A stretch of 63,479 nucleotides of DNA, counting the filler, from Stramenopiles sp. TOSAG23-2 (lineage: Eukaryota), in the NCBI GenBank assembly GCA_900128395.1. It is 15 parts of 15 records of this genome, joined end to end, with 100 filler letters (N's around TTAATTAATTAA, not from the genome) between each part and the next. Parts side by side here need not be neighbours in the genome. Positions count along the whole stretch, not along the records: positions 1 to 4,608 come from LT650851.1; positions 4,709 to 9,316 come from LT650852.1; positions 9,417 to 14,023 come from LT650853.1; 12 more parts are not named here. One strand, written 5' to 3'. Positions 1-10,202 of the stretch are shown piece by piece. The notes under the pieces were generated by a model. That model was not told the origin of the DNA. It was given only the letters and a program-made list of their open reading frames with translations, and did not search any database. Position 1 is the stretch's first letter, and each line of letters opens with the position of its first letter. The translations under genes and the position numbers were made by a program.

Positions 1-234
1 TTGTTCTTGGCAGTGCCTTAAATTGGTCAGCACACTATGGAATCCCACGGGCTTTAACAACAACATCCATCATTTTTTAATTTAGCACTTTACAAACAAC
101 AGAAAATATTATAAATAATACAGTAACATGGTGGAGAGAATGGATGGATAGATAGAAAAGATCATTTTGGTAAACATTGACAGCATTACGCAGAAGTAGA
201 TACTTCTCAAAAAAAAGAAAAAGAAATTGAACAA

Positions 235-2711
235 ATGTCTGCCTCATTGGCATCACAACAACCACCATTTAAATCAAAGAAACGAAGAAAACGAACAAGG
301 AAAAAAAAAAGAAAATTATTAAAACAACATCTGGATAACCTATGGACTAATAATGTAATAAATAATACACCAACCGTCTCACCTTTACTGAAACGTCAAC
401 GTCTTCATAATACAAGGAAATGTCTCCAGCCTCCAATATTATCTGAAACACACAAGGTTACGGTAATGAAACGTCAAGCATCTACGACTACCACAACAAC
501 GACGACAACAACAACTAGCAAAATAGTACCTTTAAATCATATAATAAAAAGCAAGGAAAAAATACAAAGCCCATTATCAATCAATACGACTAACTCACAT
601 ACAACAACAAAGTCAAACATCATCATAAGTAAAAAAATTGAGAGAGATGAAAAGTATTCTATTTCAAAATTAATAATAGTTGATACTGCTGGAAAATATA
701 TTACAAACAAAAGATCAAATATTTGGAGAAATAACTTGCGAAAAATATATAAGAAGAACGGTGAAGAAGAAGTGCAAATATATTTATTAAGTGAAATAAC
801 AAAAGAGGTTGAAAGGTATAATAATAGTAGAAATAAATATGATTTTACTTCATCATTACATACTAATAATAATGCTATCGCGTTTATTAGTGGTATGACA
901 TCATGTGCAAAAACCATTAAATATCTCATGAACAAAATACCAAACATTTATAATGAAATATTTGATAACAATAAAGTATTAATACTTAAAACAGAGTTTA
1001 TTAATACATGTATGTTACAATCAAAATCATCGATGGTGCCCACATTAATATCATTAGATATAAATTACAACGAGGCATTTCGATCAAAATATTTGTTACA
1101 AAAAGAGGACGAAGAAATAGAAAGCAAACGTCAAGAATATGTAACCGTATACGATTCTTCAAAAAATTCAGATTCAAATTTATCGATGATGATGATGATG
1201 ACTACAAATGGTAATAATAATAAAAAAAATGGAAATACATCATTGAATTTAGATAATGCTTGGTATCAAAAATACAATATACCAGAAAAACCACGTACAA
1301 TTATAAATAACGGGCAATATTTAAACCTTTCTAGTAATGGCTATACAAATGGAAATAATAAACTTCCCTTTTGTGTTGCATATTCATTAGGAAATAACTC
1401 GCATATGAAAAATGAAAAGCAAAAAAACTCCATACGAAGATTATACAAAAATCGACTTAGATTAGCTTGCCAATTTAAAAATAAAATCGATGTAACTAAT
1501 TCTAGACATGAATATTTAACAAAACCTTTGCAACGTTTAGCAGATATCTATGAGCTAAGGGGTGGATTACATGATGTATATCGTGCACGTGGATTCAATC
1601 GTGCCGTTAAGATTTTAAAACATTGCCCTGATAAATACAATAATGGTAGATTAACCCCCGCCACCTTGGATCAAATTTATAAAGAAATAAGGGGGTTTGG
1701 GCAAAAATTTTTGCTCGAGACTAAGCAAATTTTACAAACAGGTAAAAGTTTGCGATTGCAAGTGTTAGAGCAAAATCCGCGTATAGATGGGTTGCAAGAA
1801 TTGGTAAAGGTATACGGAATCGGTGCTAAAACTGCAAAGACTTTATATGCTAAAGGATTTCATACCGTTGCAAAATTGAAAGAAGGAGCAAAAAATGGAA
1901 AGGTAAAATTGACTCATGGTATGGAAATTGGATTAAAATATTACGATGATTTAAATGAAAAAATACCTCGTGCAGAAGTTACAGAAATTAAAGATTACGT
2001 CAAAAAAGTAGCAAACGAAATTGATGAAGGAATTGTTGCTGAATGTGTTGGCTCATATCGCCGTGGAAAAGTAAAAAGTGGTGATGTAGATATTTTCTTA
2101 TACAATAAATCTATACATGATGAAAATGAATTGATTCGAATTATGAAAAAATTAATTAAAAAATTGAAAGAAACTCATTTTTTAAAAGATGATTTAACAA
2201 GGAAATTTACAACCAGTTACATGGGAGTTTGTCAATACAATGACGGAAAACATCGTCATATTGATATTAAAATATGGACACCAAGCGAATTACCATTTGC
2301 TTTGTTGTAAGTAATCATATTGGTTCTTTTTCATTATTTGTATATATATATATACGTATCATACAACTTACATGTATTATTGTTACTACGATTCAAATAA
2401 CTAACTTAATTAATTAATATAGATATTTTACTGGAAGTGCACATTTTAACCGTAGCATGAGACACTATGCTAATCGAATTGGATGGTCTTTGTCGGATAA
2501 AAGTCTAGAAGTGGTGTTACGTACTGGAAAAGGCAAAGATAGAGTAAGAACACCATTAGGAAAATTTGTTAAATGTCATTCTGAACGAGATGTTTTTGAT
2601 GCGTTAGGTTTAGAATATCGTGAACCAAATGAACGAAATTGTTATGAAAATCCTTGGACGTATTCGTCAATTGAAGAGTTTCAAGAAGAGAGTATGCATA
2701 TGGATATGTAA
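235..2711 (+). CDS. POLL: DNA polymerase X family, lambda-like; two exons 235-2306 and 2423-2711
   Basis: HhH motif VYGIGAKTA, catalytic GSYRRGKVKSGDVDIF and HRHIDIK. Removing intron 2307-2422 restores ALL-YFTGSAHFNRSMR, the Pol lambda signature. C-terminal SERDVFDALGLEYREPNERN. Confidence 0.9.
2307..2422 (+). other. Spliceosomal GT-AG intron (116 nt)
   Basis: Donor GTAAGT at 2307, branch point CTAAC at 2401-2405, acceptor TAG ending at 2422; splicing restores the frame and the conserved motif. Confidence 0.9.
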
Positions 2712-2781
2712 AAAAAAATACGAAACGATCGTACGTATTGATAATAAAAACGTAATGATATTATAATATTGAAAATAAATT

Positions 2782-4188
2782 TTATTTTTTCCTAGACTTT
2801 TTACGACTACTGTTGCTACTACTGCTACTCCCACTATTTCGTTTTTTATTATTTTTTTTCTTTGGTGATTCATCCTCTTCGCTATTACTATCTTCTTCCT
2901 CACTACTTTCTTCTTCTTCTTCGTCATCCTCCTCCTCTTCTTCGCCGCTTTCCTCCTCTTCTTCTTCTTCTTCACTGGTTTCCTCGTCTACTTTGCTACT
3001 TTCTATTTTACCACCATAATATTCTGGATAGTTACGATTTGGCATAAATGCTTTGAAATCAGTATCTTCACATAAACTTTCCCAAATTGCTGTATTCAAT
3101 TTAGGAACCATTTCAATATTTGGCAATTCTTTCTGTCCTCCACTTGCTGCATTGACTGCATCTGCATTACCAATTGGGCACCAGAAGCATGGCAATTCAC
3201 GAATATCCTCCAAACCAACATCTTTTCTTTTATCATTTTGAATGTCACCTGGGCGCCCAATACCAATACTGATTTTTCCATCTCGTGCAAGAATGGCACA
3301 TGCAAACATATTTTCAACCGTTTGTGCAAAACTTTCGCGATTCAATATTAAAGAGAAAAAACAACGTTCTGCATAAGCTCTCTTCGTAGATTGTTTATAA
3401 AGTCTTACTTCTTCACAATTCGCTGTACCAATAACATCAAGTGTTACTGGATGAAGTTTTTGATTCAAACATTTTTCTTTAGCAATTCTCATCATATCAT
3501 TACAAAGTTTCCCTTGAAACGCTTGCTCGTCCATTTGCCCGTCTTCAGTTTTTTCTTGTGCTTTTGATTTTTTTTGTTTAGCGCGTACATATTTTTGAGC
3601 TTGTTTTCTTGGTTGACGTACAGTGCTGAAAGTTCCAATTTTACCAAGCATAGGATTCCAACGTGGTACGTCGCGAAAATAAACCCCTGCAATTTCTCCA
3701 ACTTTGGCCCAATTAATTGTCATCGCCTTCCCTTTTAAATCTTGTCCACTGTTAGCAAGAGCTGAATTTTCTGCGAAACGTTCTTTAATACCTTGATAAA
3801 GAGTGGGTCGAGTAATATATTTATTGTCATCTACTAATGTTTTTGAACCTATTACCACGTCACTTGCTAGTTCCTTTACATTTCTTAAATCACCAACAAA
3901 TTCTCGCGTTTGATTAACATTCTCGTAATTTTTATCAACTTTATCTTTCACTTGGTGGAAGGCTGTATCCCCTCCATCTCTGTATATCTTTGCCTGGCCA
4001 TTCACATCATGAATATCGCTCTTTTTAGATTTATGAAATGCTTCTATCTCACGATGTTTTTGACGAACTTTTGCCCTATCTGCACGAGTTTGACCTTTAT
4101 AATATGATTCAAATTTTTCATTACGCGCTTCCTTTTTCTTTTGTCTTCGTGGTCTAGCAGACGACGATGACGGGGATGACGATGGCAT
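2782..4188 (-). CDS. NSE4: Smc5/6 complex kleisin Nse4 (NSMCE4/EID3 family) with acidic tail
   Basis: Nse4_C motif FFSLILNRESFAQTVENMFACAILARDGKISI; central INWAKVGEIAGVYFRDVPRWNPMLG; N-terminal RAKVRQKHREI. Confidence 0.75.
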   Translation of the reverse strand: MPSSSPSSSSARPRRQKKKEARNEKFESYYKGQTRADRAKVRQKHREIEAFHKSKKSDIHDVNGQAKIYRDGGDTAFHQVKDKVDKNYENVNQTREFVGDLRNVKELASDVVIGSKTLVDDNKYITRPTLYQGIKERFAENSALANSGQDLKGKAMTINWAKVGEIAGVYFRDVPRWNPMLGKIGTFSTVRQPRKQAQKYVRAKQKKSKAQEKTEDGQMDEQAFQGKLCNDMMRIAKEKCLNQKLHPVTLDVIGTANCEEVRLYKQSTKRAYAERCFFSLILNRESFAQTVENMFACAILARDGKISIGIGRPGDIQNDKRKDVGLEDIRELPCFWCPIGNADAVNAASGGQKELPNIEMVPKLNTAIWESLCEDTDFKAFMPNRNYPEYYGGKIESSKVDEETSEEEEEEEESGEEEEEDDEEEEESSEEEDSNSEEDESPKKKNNKKRNSGSSSSSNSSRKKSRKK

Positions 4189-4608
4189 TTCTTAGTTGTA
4201 TGTAAATATGTATCTATGTATATAATTGTTGTTGATCTGGAATATGCAATGCATATATATATATATATATATGTATCTATGTTTGTATTTTGAATTTATT
4301 TGTTTTGGCGGGTTTATATTGTATTTATATTTAAAATCTATATTTTGTGTATATTCTAATTCATGTATTATTATTAGTATTAGAGTGTCGTGGTGTTCAT
4401 AAAAAAAACCTTTCTTTTTTTAGGTAGTTTTTGAAAATAATATTATAATCAATACCTTAATCTGTTGTTCTGTTCCATATTTATTAGGACATTTTAATTT
4501 ACTGTCCTTGTCGGCTAAAACAGAAAGTACATATAACTAGAAACGAAATGGCATATTATTTTCCAATAGTGTGCCGTTTTAATAATATTATTTACCAAAA
4601 TATATATT

Positions 4609-4708
4609 NNNNNNNNNNNNNNNNNNNNNNNNNNNNNNNNNNNNNNNNNNNNTTAATTAATTAANNNNNNNNNNNNNNNNNNNNNNNNNNNNNNNNNNNN
4701 NNNNNNNN
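4609..4708. other. Artificial contig linker (N44-TTAATTAATTAA-N44), repeated 14 times in the window
   Basis: Identical 100-nt spacers at 4609, 9317, 14024, 18728, 23429, 28125, 32811, 37496, 42180, 46862, 51534, 56203, 60871 and 62176; the core gives stops in all six frames. Confidence 0.98.
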
Positions 4709-4710
4709 GT

Positions 4711-6549
4711 AGTAGTGGTTCAATTATTATTCGTACATTGAATGCAGGTGCAAAAGGTGTAAGCGGTGAATTGGTATTTAGCACAGGTATTACAACATGT
4801 GGTGCATCTGGATCAATATTAATTGGTACAGGCACAGCTGCTATTGGTGAAGGTGGTGACGTATTCGTCTCAGTAGGTGATTCAAATCATCAACCTGGTG
4901 GTATGATATCATTAAAAGCTGGTACAACTAGTGCAGGGGAAAATGGAGGGGAAATATTGATTGAAAGTGGGAAAACCACTGGTTCTAGTGGTACTGGCGG
5001 TGTCATGAATTTAAATGCCGGTCGATCTGATAATGCTGTGGGAGGATATTTCTCTGTATCCGCTGGTCAAGGTGGTACTATTGGTGGCAAAATAAAACTT
5101 GTTGCTGGTGCTGGTGATTCAAATACTGGTGGTATGATTTCACTTTTAAGTGGTCCAGGAGTTGATACAACATCTGGTCAAATTCAAATACGAACTCCTG
5201 ATGCAGGTACAAAAGGTGTAAGTGGTGCATTGGTATTTAGCACAGGTATTACAACATGTGGATCATCTGGATCAATATCAATTGGTACAGGCACAGCTGC
5301 TATTGGTGAAGGAGGTGACGTATTCGTCTCAGTAGGTGATTCAAATTTTCAACCTGGTGGTATGATATCATTAAAAGCTGGTACAACTAGTGCAGGGGAA
5401 AATGGAGGGGAAATATTGATTGAAAGTGGGAAAACCACTGGTTCTAGTGGTACTGGCGGTGTCATGAATTTAAATGCCGGTCGATCTGATAATGCTGTGG
5501 GAGGATATTTCTCTGTATCCGCTGGTCAAGGAGGTACTATTGGTGGCAAAATAAAACTTGTTGCAGGTACTGGTGATTCAAATACTGGTGGTATGATTTC
5601 ACTTTTAAGTGGTCCAGGAACTGATACAACATCTGGTCAAATTCAAATACGATCTCCTAATGCAGGTGCAAAAGGTGTAAGTGGTGCATTGGTATTTAGC
5701 ACAGGTACTACATCATGTGGATCATCTGGATCAATATATATTGGAACAGGTACATCAGCAAATGGAAAGGCGGGTGATGTATTTATTGCAGCAGGCGATG
5801 GTGCTACCTCAAATGAGAATGGTGACGTATTTATATCAGGAAAAACATTAGGTGTTACCGGTGCAACTACATGTAGTAGTACATTGGGTGTTACCGGTGC
5901 TACTACACTTAGTAGTACATTGGGTGTTACCGGTGCTACTACACTTAGTAGTACATTGAGTGTTACCGGTGCAACTACACTTAGTAGTACAACTAATTCA
6001 GTTGGTAATTTTAATGTAAATACTAATAGATTTAGTGTTACTGCGGCAAATGGAAATACTGCTGTATCTGGTACATTAGGTGTTAGCGGTGCAACTACAC
6101 TTAGTAGTACATTAGGTGTTACCGGTGCTACTGCACTTAGTAGTACATTGAGTGTTACCGGTGCAACTACACTTAGTAGTAATGTTGCTATAACAGGTAC
6201 TTTAACGGTTGGTGGAAATGCATGTTGTGCAGGTGGTGGAAGAAGATTATTCGCAGCTAAAAATAAAGAAAGGAAGCAAGTAAAAATGCACAATAAGTTG
6301 AAAGTTTTAAACATTAAATTGGTTCAAGAGACAAAGAAATTAGAACATGATATGAAAACATTATCAGCTTTAAATCATCGTTGGATGATGTTATCGTCTG
6401 TTCTATTTGTTGCCATGGTATTATCGATTTTTGTTCTTGGTTATTACATTGCAATTTTAATGAAGTTTCGAAACGAGATGATCCTTATTCAACAACAACA
6501 CGAGCAACAAATTATTGGCAATAAACAAGTCAAGTTCATTCCAATATAA
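4711..6549 (+). CDS. 5'-partial Gly/Ser/Thr-rich repeat surface protein with fibre-like repeats, coiled coil and C-terminal TM helix
   Basis: Frame is open from the contig start. GGxIxLxAG-type repeats, TLGVTGATTLSS repeats, CCAGGGRRLF, a coiled coil, then hydrophobic WMMLSSVLFVAMVLSIFVLGYYIAILM. Confidence 0.75.
   Translation, partial: SSGSIIIRTLNAGAKGVSGELVFSTGITTCGASGSILIGTGTAAIGEGGDVFVSVGDSNHQPGGMISLKAGTTSAGENGGEILIESGKTTGSSGTGGVMNLNAGRSDNAVGGYFSVSAGQGGTIGGKIKLVAGAGDSNTGGMISLLSGPGVDTTSGQIQIRTPDAGTKGVSGALVFSTGITTCGSSGSISIGTGTAAIGEGGDVFVSVGDSNFQPGGMISLKAGTTSAGENGGEILIESGKTTGSSGTGGVMNLNAGRSDNAVGGYFSVSAGQGGTIGGKIKLVAGTGDSNTGGMISLLSGPGTDTTSGQIQIRSPNAGAKGVSGALVFSTGTTSCGSSGSIYIGTGTSANGKAGDVFIAAGDGATSNENGDVFISGKTLGVTGATTCSSTLGVTGATTLSSTLGVTGATTLSSTLSVTGATTLSSTTNSVGNFNVNTNRFSVTAANGNTAVSGTLGVSGATTLSSTLGVTGATALSSTLSVTGATTLSSNVAITGTLTVGGNACCAGGGRRLFAAKNKERKQVKMHNKLKVLNIKLVQETKKLEHDMKTLSALNHRWMMLSSVLFVAMVLSIFVLGYYIAILMKFRNEMILIQQQHEQQIIGNKQVKFIPI
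4744..5750 (+). repeat. Intragenic tandem repeat, 459-bp (153-aa) period, just over 2 copies visible
   Basis: GCAGGTRCAAAAGGTGTAAG..GTATTTAGCACAGGT recurs at 4744, 5203 and 5662; the units are near-identical at DNA level. Confidence 0.9.
5845..6180 (+). repeat. 36-bp (12-aa TL[G/S]VTGATTLSS) tandem repeats: 4 copies 5845-5988, 3 copies 6073-6180
   Basis: Read directly from the DNA and the translation. Confidence 0.9.
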
Positions 6550-7059
6550 TAATAAATAAAAAAAAAGTAAGAAGTATTATTATAATATTTTACAATAGTA
6601 AAAAATAGTGCAATTATATTAAAATATTATTAAAATATTTTATTAATTAATGCTAATTGATTGTATGTGTGCAAAAATATATATATATATAATTCTTTTT
6701 GAACGCACGTAAAAATTTATTTTACTCCGTGTCTGCAATACATGTGTATAATATAATTTTAATAAAGTTTATAATACTCCAGGGCGTAGAACACACTTTG
6801 TTTAATCAAAAATTATTTTTAAAAAATATACTAGTATATAATATATTAAAATTTAGTCATCATTATTGAATTATTTAAATTGAACGAAGTCTATTGTTTG
6901 AAATTTATATATATATATACATTAATATATTCATTGTCTTTCATTGTTAAATAATAAAATAATAAATTGAAAGAAGTCTATTTTTTGAAACTTGTATATA
7001 TATATATATATATATTAATTACATTCATTATTCGTAAAACAGAAAAAATATTTATATCC

Positions 7060-8139
7060 ATGTCATCCTCGAATAATAGTAATAATAAAGAAGAAGTATA
7101 CCCACCATTGATAGATTTAACGCCATTTGCAACTGCTAGTACGTCTGATGAAAATAAAATAGCAAAAGAAAAAGTAGCAAAACAATTACAAGATGCATGT
7201 CATGATGTTGGTTTTTTTCAAATTTCAACACCAAGTTTAAAACAAGATATGATAGATAAAGCATTTCAATCAACAATAGATTTTTTTGATTTGTCATTAG
7301 AGGAAAAGTTGACTGCTAGTGCATTTAACTCTCCGTTATTTCGAGGGTATCAAGGTCTGACATCTGAGTCGCATTCATGTACACCAGCTAATGATAATAA
7401 TAAAAATAAGCCATCCGCACAAACTTCACCATCCCGTAAAAAACAAAAACTAGACGAGGATGCTCAACAACAACAACGGGATTTAAAAGAATCATTTACT
7501 ATTGGTCAACTTGGCAATGATTCAAGAATGCACGGCGCTAATAATTGGCCAACTAACTGCCCAGCCCATATACGTGAAAATATAGATCAATATTGGAATA
7601 CCATGTTAAAAGTAGCATATGAAATTTCACGTGCACTTGCTTTATCATTAGGATTGAAAGAAAACTTTTTTATCGATTCAATGACGAATCCAGTCGCGCA
7701 AATGGTATTATTAAGATACCCACCTCCATTAAACAATGAAGTTGGATGTGGTGCGCATACCGATTGTGGTTTTTTAACTTTACTTGTCCAAGATAAAGTT
7801 CAAGATGCTTTACAAATAAAAGACAAGTCTGGCAACTGGATAGATGCGCCACAAAAAGAAAATTGTGTTTTATGCAATTTAGGTGATATGGCAGAAAGAT
7901 GGACGAATAATTATTATCGAAGTACTTGGCATCGTGTCAATAATCGTAGCGGGAGGCAAAGGCATTCCATTCCATTCTTTTGTAATTTAAATTACGATGC
8001 AATTGTTGATCCGGAAACAAGTGTTTGTCAAGGAACATTAAAGCATTTATTTGGCGATCCAAAATTTGAAAAAACAATTGCTGGTGATTATATTTGTGAA
8101 AAATTAGGTTTGATGCATGATGGTGGTGAGATAAAATAA
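7060..8139 (+). CDS. 2-oxoglutarate/Fe(II)-dependent dioxygenase (IPNS/DIOX_N family)
   Basis: PPLIDL...ACHDVGFFQI N-terminal domain; HTD...H iron triad; RHSIPFF (RxS). Likely start is the ATG at 7060. Confidence 0.9.
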   Translation: MSSSNNSNNKEEVYPPLIDLTPFATASTSDENKIAKEKVAKQLQDACHDVGFFQISTPSLKQDMIDKAFQSTIDFFDLSLEEKLTASAFNSPLFRGYQGLTSESHSCTPANDNNKNKPSAQTSPSRKKQKLDEDAQQQQRDLKESFTIGQLGNDSRMHGANNWPTNCPAHIRENIDQYWNTMLKVAYEISRALALSLGLKENFFIDSMTNPVAQMVLLRYPPPLNNEVGCGAHTDCGFLTLLVQDKVQDALQIKDKSGNWIDAPQKENCVLCNLGDMAERWTNNYYRSTWHRVNNRSGRQRHSIPFFCNLNYDAIVDPETSVCQGTLKHLFGDPKFEKTIAGDYICEKLGLMHDGGEIK

Positions 8140-8511
8140 AAATATGGGGTTAAAAATTTTGATAATTTACGATTTACGAGCGCCGGGTGTACTTTTTTGT
8201 TTTACTGTGTAAACTATATACTTTTTGTGTGCATAATATTTTATATTTTTTTTAAAAAATTTAATTATATTTTGACCCCTTTGATTTTTAAAAATGTTAT
8301 TATATGATATGATACTCGCGGTATTATTAATTTTACCAGTGTTATTAAATATTTTTAAAACGGCTTTCGGTAAAATAAAAAACACCACACACTCTCCTGC
8401 TTCAACTTCATGTTCTTTCTGTTGTTTTTTAAAATACGAATATCATTTTTTATATATTTTGATTTTGTTTTTAATTTTTCTCAGAATTTACTTCTCGTAC
8501 ACACACTTTTC

Positions 8512-9164
8512 TTAATACAACAACCATAAATTTTTTGTTGTATATCCTTCTGGTAATGGTTCCATTGCAAGTCCTAATTCTTCATTGTAAACCGGGCGAC
8601 GATCACGTTCTTGTACACCAAGTGTCTTCTCATCATCCTCCTCATCCGCATTGTCCTCTGCATTAGCTTTTTTTTTCTTTGTCGTATTTGCTTTAAAATG
8701 ATGATCCACTGCATAAGCTGCAAGACTTTCAACACCATCGTCCACTTCAATGATTTCAACATCATCAATACAGTAGTAAACATCCGTGGTGAATTTTTTA
8801 CTAATGATGTAAAGACAAATTCAAATCTACTTTTTTGAAACTTTGTCATGACATATAATGCCTGGGTACTCCCACGCAATCTACTACTAGCAGCTTTAAT
8901 GTTCACACTTGTTATGCAATTTAAACCAACGCTTAAATTCGTTGTGGGTGTTTTATGACATGCCCATATCAAACGCAAATTAGTTATAATTAAAAATCCA
9001 CGTTCGCCATTATTACCTTTTGTATCTTCCACAGAATTAATCGAATCGATTTCAAATTCACCTTTCCTAGGTTTTAAATGTTGCAACAATGTATCAAATC
9101 TCAATTCACGATCTTCCCATACACGATTTGTTGCTACAAATCGTTTTTTTCGTTTAGAAGTCAT
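8512..9164 (-). pseudogene. BBS5: BBS5 (BBSome subunit) with an internal deletion and frameshift near 8768 (pseudogene or assembly chimera)
   Basis: N-terminal half WEDRELRFD...VEDTKGNNGERG...RFEFVFTSLVKNSPRMFTTV is joined directly, in another frame, to the C-terminal DDVEII...DRRPVYNEELGLAMEPLPEGYTTKNLW. The second PH-like repeat is absent. Confidence 0.85.
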
Positions 9165-10202
9165 ATTTTAAAATAATAATTGATTATTAATGAATATATT
9201 ATTATATTTTTAAAATATAATATATATAGAGAGAGATACAAAATATGATATGAATGAATATACAAAATAATAATAATATTAATTGATTATTAATATTTGA
9301 TATGAAGAATGAAAATNNNNNNNNNNNNNNNNNNNNNNNNNNNNNNNNNNNNNNNNNNNNTTAATTAATTAANNNNNNNNNNNNNNNNNNNNNNNNNNNN
9401 NNNNNNNNNNNNNNNNTCGAAATGTCGGGGGGGAGAAAAATAAAAACGTGATTAATCTAATAATGTTTCCAATTCTATCTTTCAATCACTACCTATAAAT
9501 ATATATATATAAATAATAAACGACAAATATCTAATAATTGTGTTTATTCATTATTTTATGGTTTTGAAGGAGATTTGGATGATTGTTTTAAAAAATTCCA
9601 TCAATTTTGTACTTAAATGTATACTAAGAAATAAGAAGGCTGGGAAATCGTAAAGAATCTGAAGCTGACATAGCATATAGCAACGAATAGCATAGCGGGG
9701 TTTCCTGAATTGCTGGTTGATAGTATGATGGACATAGCATAGTCGGATTAATGAGTAGGTTGATAGCATCATACTTATTATCCATTTATAACATATACAT
9801 TTTTAAGCAAGCCCAGCAAGGTTAAGGTGTTCGTATTTAAATATCCTGAGCTATATTAACAGGTACGTATAGTATTAGTATTAGTTTCCTAATTTTACTA
9901 TTAATTCTCTTCCTTCCACAATAGCACAATATACCCAATACCTGTACCAAGTATACCATACCATCAAGTACATTTTAATTTTGTATTATAATTATATTTA
10001 TTTGTTGTGAGAGTGCAAGAGTGAATGAACGTATTTGTACATATCTTGGTGGGGTTTTTACTACAGAAATATAATATATATATTGAACAATGGATGAGAG
10101 GATCCGATCTACAATAGATTCATATCTAACATATATATACTGTATATTCACACTATTATCGTAACCATCAACAGAAAAACATAGTATAGTATCATATCAA
10201 AA

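Noticed and set aside
235-4188. Pol lambda and NSE4 adjacent as a DNA-repair cluster
   Set aside because: Convergent orientation and a single instance; chance adjacency in a compact genome is sufficient.
5643-6314. 223-aa minus-strand ORF and many other short antisense ORFs in the track
   Set aside because: Shadows of repetitive or low-complexity coding sequence on the opposite strand.
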